Below, piece after piece: positions 18,150-26,176 of a stretch of DNA of 64,000 nucleotides (positions within the stretch are counted from its first letter, which is position 1; every line of letters starts with the position of its first letter). The stretch is taken from positions 10,317 to 74,316 of the forward strand of contig JAQSXK010000010.1 of assembly GCA_029256705.1 (NCBI GenBank), read 5' to 3'. The stretch is from Clostridia bacterium. Lineage in GTDB: Bacteria > Bacillota > Clostridia > TANB77 > CAG-465. Position numbers and translations under genes: made by a program. The notes beneath the pieces are model-generated. The model was not told where the DNA came from, did not search any database, and saw nothing but the letters and a program-made list of their open reading frames with translations.

Positions 18150-21100
18150 ATGAAAAATACAAGAAGGGGTATATCTTTAATTGTACTCGTAATAACAATA
18201 ATTATAATTGCAATTCTTGCAGGTGGTGTTATTTTAACACTATCTACAAATAATCCAATAAATAGTGCTAATGAAGCAGCATTTAAGTCGGATTTAGATG
18301 CTATAGCTTCAGATTTAAATATGTATCAAACGAGTCAATATGCTAAAGCTAAAACATATAGTCCAAATAAACTAGATGCGAATGACTTATCTGCCGAATA
18401 TGATGGTGTAGTTATTGAGGGTAAAACAATTAAAGATATAATACCTATCTTATCTAAAACAGATAAATATAACGGTCAATTTGAAATTACAGATGGTAAA
18501 TTAGTATACTTAGGTACCAATAGAACACAAAAAAGATGGGCACAAGATGTTAATGTAGAGGTTATAGATGCGGATAGATTAGATGCAATAATTTCTACAG
18601 CAACAGCTTTGCCAATATCTGCTGGAACCGAGGTTGTAGCCATTATTAAAATTTCATCTAACGCTAGTATAAATAATATAAATATAACTAATAATTTAGA
18701 ATTATTAGATCATAATAATTTACCTTTAACAATTCAACCGGTATTTGAAATTGGTGTACCAAGTGGTACTGATTTAGATGCATTAAGAACTGTAGAAGTA
18801 ACAATAAAAACAGATGGACTTGCAGAGGGCATATATAAATTGAAACTCAAATCATATAGTATATCTAATATATATGATGTAACAAATTCAAAAGATATAG
18901 TATCAAGTAATTTATTTGAAATAGATAATACACCACCAACAAATCCAGAAATGTCAGCTACTCCAACAGCATGGACTAATTCAGATGTGACTGTGTCCAT
19001 AACATATCCACCAGATAGTGTAACGAAAGAATATAGTTTGGATGGAACATCATGGGATGTATATACAAATTCAATAACTGTTAGTACAAATAATGAAACA
19101 ATATATGCAAGAGCAATAGATATAGCTGGAAATCAAAGTGGACAAAGCACAATAACTGTTGCAAATATAGATAGAGAATTACCAACAGTTACCTTTGGGA
19201 CAAACGGAGGAAATAATCTACAAGTTGCTAGTACTAAAGTAATATTAACTGATATAGGTGTAAGTGGATTAGATGTAGTTTCATTTAAGTATATATGGGA
19301 CACACAAAATGTAGATGAACCAACAGGTCAGTGGAATACATTCGTAAATGATGAAGTAATAAATAAAGTAGATTCTAATGGCACATACTATTTATGGATA
19401 AAGGCATTAGATAATGCTGGAAATAGTCTAATAACTAAATCTAATGTATTTACTGTAGATAATATAGTTCCAGAAAATCCAACAATGTCAGCAAATCCAA
19501 CAACATGGACAAATGGAAATGTAACAGTAACAATTACATATTCAGATGATACAGCAATAAAAGAATATAGCACAAATGGAACAACATGGAGTGCATATAC
19601 AGCACCAGTTGTGGTTAGTACAAATAATACAACAGTATATGCAAGAGCTAGTGATGCTAGTGGAAATCAAAGTGGACAAAGTACAATAACTATTGCAAAT
19701 ATAGATAAAGTAATACCAACAGTAGCATATGCAACAAATGGAGGAACAAATTTACAAACAGCAAGTACAGTTGTTACAGCAAATGATTTAGGTGGAAGTA
19801 ATATAGCTTCATTAGAATATATATGGGATACACAAAATGCTACAACTCCATCATCTGGATGGACAGCATTTACAACTGGTAGTACAATAACAAAATCATC
19901 AATTAACGGAACATATTATCTATGGATAAGAGTAATAGATAATGCAGAAAATAATTTTGTAACTAAATCTAATGCTTTTGTAGCAGATAATACACCACCA
20001 GTAAATCCAACAATGTCGGCATCGCCAACAGGATTTACAAATGGAAATGTAACAGTAACAATTATATATCCATCTGATGCAGCAATAAAAGAATATAGTA
20101 CAAATGGAACAGCATGGAGTGCATATACAGTACCAGTTGTAGTAACTACAAATAATACAACAATTTATGCAAGAGGATCAGATGTAATTGGAAACCAAAG
20201 TGGACAAAGCACGATAACAATTGCGAATATAGATAAGGAAATACCTGTTATATCCGAAACTTTTAGTGGTGGTGCAATATATGATGATCCTACATTTTCA
20301 AACGGATATAATAATACTAATATATATAATAATTTAGGAAATGGATTAGTAACTAATACTAGGACTGTTATAAGTGATTCACCAGTAGGTTCACAATATG
20401 GCTTAGTTATAAAATCGACTGGTGCAGTAGTTCCAGGATATGGTGGATTTTATTTTGCAACTCAAACTGTAGCGAATAAGGTTTTTGTTACTAAAATAAT
20501 AGCTAAAATACCTGTAGGATATAATATAAATTGGGCATCAAATGCTATAGGTACTGAAGGTGCAGCAACTTATTGGTTAACATCACAGGCGGGTACTGGA
20601 AATTGGCAAGAATATATTTTTGAGGTAAGATGTGGATCAACGGGACCATTTTCAACAACAAATTTCTATTATTTAACTGGTGAAACAGCACCTACAGTAT
20701 CTTCACCTTTAGTGTGGACAGTCGCATATGCTAATGTATTTGATAAGGACAAATGGTCTACGTCAGATAGTGTTATGTTTAATTCAACAGATAATAAAGG
20801 AATAGTTGCTTATGGTATAAATCAAAGTTCTACTATTCAACCTACATTTACAAATTGCAGTTCTACTACAAACATAACTAAATTAATTGATAATATAACT
20901 GTTAATGGAACATATTATGTTTGGGTAAAAGATCAAGCTGGAAATGTTGTAAATAAAGCAATAACAATAAGTAATGTTGACACATTGGCACCACAAATAT
21001 CGACTGATGTAAGAAGTGTTTTAAATACAACATTTTCAAATTGGACTTTAAGTGGTGGAGCATATATAGATGGAAGTGGTCAACTGGTATTACCAAATAC

Positions 21101-21674
21101 AGGTTCTAGAGCAGATTCTCCATATTTACAAGTAGATGGAAATCCTTGGATACATGAATTGGATGCTACTACAAGTCAAAGTTCACCTTATTTTACTCCT
21201 GCTGGTGGCGTGCTTATTGGTAGTTCATACTTTGACTCATCGTACAATACTGCAGTATCAAATAATACATACAGTGGTAATGGCTATGCAGAAAAGATAT
21301 TAATAAATGGAACCGCGCATGCGAGATGGGATGGATGGTCTGGATATGGTCCTAACGTAAAATATGTAAAAGTTTTAGTTACTGTGGATGCATATTATTC
21401 TAATGCACCAGTGACTTGCTATAATGTGATATTTACAAGTTCAAATGTTACAAGTCCTAGTAAGAAAGTAATAGTTACAGTTACAGATGATATAAGTGGA
21501 ATAAAAACTAAAAAATGGCTTAGTGGTTCTAAAACCGTAAATGATTTTCAAAGTGCAGGAACAATATTTGATACTGAATTTACAGTAACTGTTAATGGAA
21601 CATACACAATATATACAGAGGATAATGCAGGAAATAAAACAGTAAGACAAGTAATTATTACACAAATAGGATAA
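18150..21674 (+). CDS. giant paralog P1: pilin-like N-terminal module, Ig-like A/B repeats, a jelly-roll-like module and a unique C-terminal domain (function unknown)
   Basis: This is a long uninterrupted ORF with a GGGGG SD 8 nt before the ATG at 18150. The N-terminus is MKNTRRG-ISLIVLVITIIIIAILAGGVILTL. There are three A units (WTN..VTV...YARA.D.AGNQSGQSTIT..NID) and two B units (TNGG.NLQ.AST...IWDTQN...GTYYLWIK..DNAGN). Confidence 0.88.
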   Translation: MKNTRRGISLIVLVITIIIIAILAGGVILTLSTNNPINSANEAAFKSDLDAIASDLNMYQTSQYAKAKTYSPNKLDANDLSAEYDGVVIEGKTIKDIIPILSKTDKYNGQFEITDGKLVYLGTNRTQKRWAQDVNVEVIDADRLDAIISTATALPISAGTEVVAIIKISSNASINNINITNNLELLDHNNLPLTIQPVFEIGVPSGTDLDALRTVEVTIKTDGLAEGIYKLKLKSYSISNIYDVTNSKDIVSSNLFEIDNTPPTNPEMSATPTAWTNSDVTVSITYPPDSVTKEYSLDGTSWDVYTNSITVSTNNETIYARAIDIAGNQSGQSTITVANIDRELPTVTFGTNGGNNLQVASTKVILTDIGVSGLDVVSFKYIWDTQNVDEPTGQWNTFVNDEVINKVDSNGTYYLWIKALDNAGNSLITKSNVFTVDNIVPENPTMSANPTTWTNGNVTVTITYSDDTAIKEYSTNGTTWSAYTAPVVVSTNNTTVYARASDASGNQSGQSTITIANIDKVIPTVAYATNGGTNLQTASTVVTANDLGGSNIASLEYIWDTQNATTPSSGWTAFTTGSTITKSSINGTYYLWIRVIDNAENNFVTKSNAFVADNTPPVNPTMSASPTGFTNGNVTVTIIYPSDAAIKEYSTNGTAWSAYTVPVVVTTNNTTIYARGSDVIGNQSGQSTITIANIDKEIPVISETFSGGAIYDDPTFSNGYNNTNIYNNLGNGLVTNTRTVISDSPVGSQYGLVIKSTGAVVPGYGGFYFATQTVANKVFVTKIIAKIPVGYNINWASNAIGTEGAATYWLTSQAGTGNWQEYIFEVRCGSTGPFSTTNFYYLTGETAPTVSSPLVWTVAYANVFDKDKWSTSDSVMFNSTDNKGIVAYGINQSSTIQPTFTNCSSTTNITKLIDNITVNGTYYVWVKDQAGNVVNKAITISNVDTLAPQISTDVRSVLNTTFSNWTLSGGAYIDGSGQLVLPNTGSRADSPYLQVDGNPWIHELDATTSQSSPYFTPAGGVLIGSSYFDSSYNTAVSNNTYSGNGYAEKILINGTAHARWDGWSGYGPNVKYVKVLVTVDAYYSNAPVTCYNVIFTSSNVTSPSKKVIVTVTDDISGIKTKKWLSGSKTVNDFQSAGTIFDTEFTVTVNGTYTIYTEDNAGNKTVRQVIITQIG

Positions 21675-21767
21675 ATAATTTTAATTTGTGAAATAAAAAT
21701 TGTTTAATTGAAAAATATATATTGTGATATTAATTCAAATTTACTAAAAATATAGGAGGAAAATTGC

Positions 21768-24700
21768 ATGATAAACAAAAGAGAAGGGATATCTTTAATT
21801 GTACTTGTTATAACAATAATAATTGTTATTATACTTGCAGGAGGTGTCATTTTGACACTTTCTGCAAACAACCCAATAAGCAGCGCAAATGAAGCTGTAT
21901 TTAAGTCAGACTTAGATGCAATAGCTTCGGATTTAAATATGTATCAGAGTAGTCAATATTCTAAAGTTAAAGCATATAGTCCAGATAGACTAAATGCAAA
22001 TGATTTAACCGCAGAATATGATGGAACAGTTATTGAAAATAAAACAATAAAAGATATAATACCAGTTTTATCTAAAACAGATAAATACAATGGACAGTTT
22101 GAGATTATAAATGGTAAATTAGTATATTTAGGTACAAATAGAACGCAAAAAAGATGGGCCCAAGATGTTAATGTAGAAGTTATAGATGCAGATAGATTAG
22201 ATGCAATAATTTCTACAGCAACAACTTTGCCAATATCTGCGGGAACTGATGTTGTAGCAACAATAAAAATTTCATCTAATGCTAGTATAAATAATATAAA
22301 ATTGACTAACAATTTAGAATTGTTAGATAACAATAATATAGCAGTTGCAACTCAACCAGTATTTGAAATTGGCACACCAACTGGTACAGAGTTGGATACA
22401 TTAAGAACTGTAGAGGTAACAATAAAAACAGATGAACTTGCAGAGGGTATATATAAATTGAAACTTAAATCATATAGTATATCTAATATATATGATGTAA
22501 CAAATTCAAAGGATATAGTAGCAGGAGAATTATTTGAAATCGATAATACACCACCAGCAAATCCAGAAATGTCAGTCACTTCGACAGGATGGACTAATTC
22601 AGATGTGATTGTATCAGTAACATATCCATCAGATAGTGTAAAGAAAGAATACAGTTTAGATGGAACTACTTGGAACACATATACAGATTCAATAACAGTT
22701 AATACAAATAATACGACAATATATTCAAGAGCAATAGATATAGCTGGAAACCAAAGTGGGCAAAGTACAATGACTATTGTAAATATAGATAAAGAATCAC
22801 CAATTTCTTTATTTGGTACAAATGGAGGAAATAATCTACAAGTTGCTAGTACTAAAGTAACATTAACTGATGTAGGAGTAAGTGGATTAGATATAACCTC
22901 ATTAAAGTATATATGGGATGCACAAAATGTAGATGAACCAACAGGTGAGTGGACTACATTTGTAAACAATGAAATTATAAGTAAAGCAGATTCAAATGGA
23001 ACATATTACTTGTGGATAAAAGCTTTAGACAATGCAGGAAATAGCATAATAACAAAATCTAATGCATTTGTTGTAGATAATATAGTTCCAGAAAATCCAA
23101 CATTGACAGCAATACCAACAGCCTGGACAAATACAAATGTAACTGTAACAATAACATACCCTTCAGATGCTTTTGTTAAAGAATATAGCATAGACGGTAT
23201 AACTTGGAATGCATACACAGAGGTAGTATTAATAACTACAAATAATACAACAATTTATACAAGAGCAACAGATGCAAGTGGAAATCAAAGCGGACAGAGT
23301 ACATTAACTGTGGCAAATATAGATAAAATAATGCCAACAGCTACATATGTAACAAATGGAGGAATAGATTTACAAACAGCAAGTACAGTAGTAACAGCAA
23401 GTGATTTAGGTGGAAGTAATATAATATCATTAGAATATATTTGGGATACACAAAATAGTGTGACACCTATTAATGGTTGGACATCATTTACTAGTGGTAG
23501 TACGATTACAAAGTCTGGAATGACAGGAACATATTACTTATGGATAAAAGTAGTAGATAATGCAGGAAATATTCTAGTAACAAAATCTAATGCTTTTGTA
23601 GCAGATAATACACCACCAGCTAATCCAACAATATCAGCCTCACCAACAGCATGGACAAATGGAAATGTAACAGTAACAATAACATATCCAGCTGATGCAT
23701 CTGTAAAAGAATACAGTACAAATGGAACAACATGGAGTGTATATACAGCACCAGTCGTAATAATTACAAATAATACAACAGTTTATGCAAGAGCAGCAGA
23801 TATGAGCGGAAACCAAAGTGGGCAAAGTACAATAACTGTAGCAAATATAGATAAAATATTACCTACCGTAACATATGGTACAAACGGAGGAACAAATCTA
23901 AAAACAGCTAGCACAACAGTAATAGCTAATGATTTAGGTGGAAGTAATATTAGTTCATCAGAATATATTTGGGATACACAAAATAGTGTAACTCCTTCAT
24001 CTGGTTGGACAGTATTTACTAGTGGTAATACAATAACAAAATCTATGGTTACAGGATCATATTACTTATGGGTAAAAGTAGTAGATAATGCTGGTAACAA
24101 TTTTGTTACAAAATCTAATGTATTTGTATTAGATAATACGCCACCAATAAATCCAGCAATGTCAGCATCTCCTACAGGATGGACAAATGGAAATGTAACA
24201 ATAACAATCACATATCCAGTTGATATGTCTGTAAAAGAGTATAGTACAAATGGTACAACGTGGAGTGCATATACAGCGCCAGTTGTAGTAAGTACAAATA
24301 ATACAACAGTTTACGCAAGAGGTAGTGATGCGAGTGGAAATCAAAGTGGACAGAGTACAATAACTGTAACAAATATTGAAAGGATAGCCCCATCGGTACC
24401 TACAGTAAACTTTAATGGATATACTCCAGGTACATGGACTTCAGCAGCAATAACACTTAATTTATCTTCTACTGATGCTAACTCAGGAATAAATAAATAT
24501 CAATGGTCTAATAATGGAACAACATGGAATGATTTCCAAAGTTCTTGGATATACAATTATGATACAGCACAAACTCCTTGTTTTAGGTCAATAGATAATG
24601 CTGGTAATGTAAGTGCTGCAACTAGTTATTATAATATTTTAAGAGATGCAACTGCACCAACATATACAAGTTATAGTATAACTAATATTACAAGTGATAC

Positions 24701-25499
24701 TTATGATGTATTCGTATATGGTGTATCTGATGCAGGAAGTGGAGTAAATAGAGTACAATTTCCAAATTGGACTGCACTTAATGGTCAAGACGATATGGTA
24801 TCAAGTTTTGAAACAAATTCTACTATAACTGGACAAAACTTAGGTAGTGGAACTTGGAAATATACTGTAAAAAGATCTGATCATAATAATGAATATGGTG
24901 TTTATTTAACACATTTATATTTATATGATAATCTAGGAAATGTTGCAGGATTTGCATTAAACAATACAACTTTAGTTGATGCAAGTATAGTAGCAAAATT
25001 TACTTTAACTGCAGCACAAGAAATATTTAATGGTAGTACTTCATATTATACGGCTGGTGAAGTATCTAATAACTATACAATAGAATTTGATGCTCAGCCT
25101 TCAGATACAATAGATGTATTTTCAGAGAATAATACACTTATAGGTCATACAGGTTATAAACATAGATTTATTATTTTGGAATCACATGGAGGTGGAGTAC
25201 CTAATGCTGGCCTTGGTGTAGATTTAGGAACAAATGGTATAGTTTTGGTTGCACATAGTAACGGATATTATCATTCATTACTTACTTACTACTCTAACCT
25301 TAATGCATGGAATCATTATAAAATAGTAGTAGAAAATAAAATTCCAAGACTATATATAAATGGAGCACTTATTAAAACAGGTTATCCGCCACTATCTTCA
25401 TATACAAAATTGTATACATTATTTTCGATTGGAACAGGTGCATATGGTAATTATATAGGTAGAGCTAATAATTTTGTGTTTTATAATACTGTTAAATAA
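21768..25499 (+). CDS. giant paralog P2: pilin-like N-terminal module, 4 A and 3 B Ig-like units, a GBS Bsp-like repeat and a LamG-like C-terminal domain
   Basis: An AGGAGG SD precedes the start. The N-terminus is MINKREG-ISLIVLVITIIIVIILAGGVILTL. The Bsp-like motif is VQFPNWTALNGQDDMV...YLTHLYLYDNLGN. The C-terminal ~170 aa (…IPRLYINGALIKTG…) has the look of a concanavalin/LamG jelly roll. Confidence 0.88.
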   Translation: MINKREGISLIVLVITIIIVIILAGGVILTLSANNPISSANEAVFKSDLDAIASDLNMYQSSQYSKVKAYSPDRLNANDLTAEYDGTVIENKTIKDIIPVLSKTDKYNGQFEIINGKLVYLGTNRTQKRWAQDVNVEVIDADRLDAIISTATTLPISAGTDVVATIKISSNASINNIKLTNNLELLDNNNIAVATQPVFEIGTPTGTELDTLRTVEVTIKTDELAEGIYKLKLKSYSISNIYDVTNSKDIVAGELFEIDNTPPANPEMSVTSTGWTNSDVIVSVTYPSDSVKKEYSLDGTTWNTYTDSITVNTNNTTIYSRAIDIAGNQSGQSTMTIVNIDKESPISLFGTNGGNNLQVASTKVTLTDVGVSGLDITSLKYIWDAQNVDEPTGEWTTFVNNEIISKADSNGTYYLWIKALDNAGNSIITKSNAFVVDNIVPENPTLTAIPTAWTNTNVTVTITYPSDAFVKEYSIDGITWNAYTEVVLITTNNTTIYTRATDASGNQSGQSTLTVANIDKIMPTATYVTNGGIDLQTASTVVTASDLGGSNIISLEYIWDTQNSVTPINGWTSFTSGSTITKSGMTGTYYLWIKVVDNAGNILVTKSNAFVADNTPPANPTISASPTAWTNGNVTVTITYPADASVKEYSTNGTTWSVYTAPVVIITNNTTVYARAADMSGNQSGQSTITVANIDKILPTVTYGTNGGTNLKTASTTVIANDLGGSNISSSEYIWDTQNSVTPSSGWTVFTSGNTITKSMVTGSYYLWVKVVDNAGNNFVTKSNVFVLDNTPPINPAMSASPTGWTNGNVTITITYPVDMSVKEYSTNGTTWSAYTAPVVVSTNNTTVYARGSDASGNQSGQSTITVTNIERIAPSVPTVNFNGYTPGTWTSAAITLNLSSTDANSGINKYQWSNNGTTWNDFQSSWIYNYDTAQTPCFRSIDNAGNVSAATSYYNILRDATAPTYTSYSITNITSDTYDVFVYGVSDAGSGVNRVQFPNWTALNGQDDMVSSFETNSTITGQNLGSGTWKYTVKRSDHNNEYGVYLTHLYLYDNLGNVAGFALNNTTLVDASIVAKFTLTAAQEIFNGSTSYYTAGEVSNNYTIEFDAQPSDTIDVFSENNTLIGHTGYKHRFIILESHGGGVPNAGLGVDLGTNGIVLVAHSNGYYHSLLTYYSNLNAWNHYKIVVENKIPRLYINGALIKTGYPPLSSYTKLYTLFSIGTGAYGNYIGRANNFVFYNTVK

Positions 25500-25512
25500 T
25501 TTATATAAATAA

Positions 25513-25558
25513 AGAAAATAGTTGAAAAATTAAATAATTTAATTATCAACTATTTTCT
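25513..25558 (+). terminator. hairpin terminator after P2
   Basis: A perfect 13-bp stem (agaaaatagttga / tcaactattttct) with a 20-nt AT loop. Confidence 0.65.
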
Positions 25559-25589
25559 GTTAATTTTTAATATATAATTAAATAAACAC

Positions 25590-25618
25590 TTGATATTTCT
25601 TTTAATACATTATAAAAT
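25590..25618 (+). promoter_or_regulatory. candidate promoter of cassette 1 (156-aa gene plus P3); a duplicate lies at 30007-30035
   Basis: TTGATA, a 17-nt spacer, then TAAAAT. The same arrangement recurs in the duplicated upstream region. Confidence 0.5.
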
Positions 25619-25666
25619 ATAAACATGTAAAATGAATACATAAATAAATTTATAGGAGGATTTAAA

Positions 25667-26137
25667 ATGAATAATAAAGGTCAAAATCAGATTAGGTTAG
25701 TAATTTTAGGGGTTGTTCTTGTTATTGCAATAATAGTTGTTATTGTAGCTATTAATAAAAACAACGCAAATTCAGTGAATGATGGAAATAAAACGGATAA
25801 TACAAAAGTAAATTATACAGAAACAAATGATGGGACTAAGGTAAATACAAGCGAAGAAGTATCTCAAGATAAAAGCGTTAAAGGTGTATTATTAGAACAA
25901 AGTAAAATAGTATATACTAATGGAACATCTAAGTTAACATCAAAAGTAACAAATGATAGTATAGCAAAAGATAATTTAAGATTTAAAGTAAAATTTATAG
26001 CAAATGATGGAACTGTAATGGCAGAAGCTGTAGGATATGTAGGAAAAATAAAAGCGAATGAAACAAAATATATTGATTCATACATAACAATAGATACTTC
26101 TAATTCGAAAAATGTTACTTACGAAATAATGGAATAA
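25667..26137 (+). CDS. membrane-anchored small beta-sandwich protein (156 aa), copy 1
   Basis: An AGGAGG SD precedes the start. There is an N-terminal TM segment (LVILGVVLVIAIIVVIVAI), a low-complexity N/T/D linker and a ~90-aa beta-rich domain that resembles FxLYD/DUF4352-type domains. Confidence 0.75.
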   Translation: MNNKGQNQIRLVILGVVLVIAIIVVIVAINKNNANSVNDGNKTDNTKVNYTETNDGTKVNTSEEVSQDKSVKGVLLEQSKIVYTNGTSKLTSKVTNDSIAKDNLRFKVKFIANDGTVMAEAVGYVGKIKANETKYIDSYITIDTSNSKNVTYEIME

Positions 26138-26176
26138 TATTAAATTAGAAAGTAATAAATATTAAGAGGTGAAGTT

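Noticed and set aside
22352-22969. A 205-aa minus-strand ORF inside P2, with similar antisense ORFs recurring at equivalent positions of the paralogs (18734..19000, 31177..31443, 19388..19573, 23006..23218, 27421..27633, 28249..28506).
   Set aside because: These ORFs have no SD. They lie entirely inside long, well-supported + strand genes. Their recurrence simply mirrors the repeated sense-strand sequence, because AT-rich codon usage leaves the antisense frames open.
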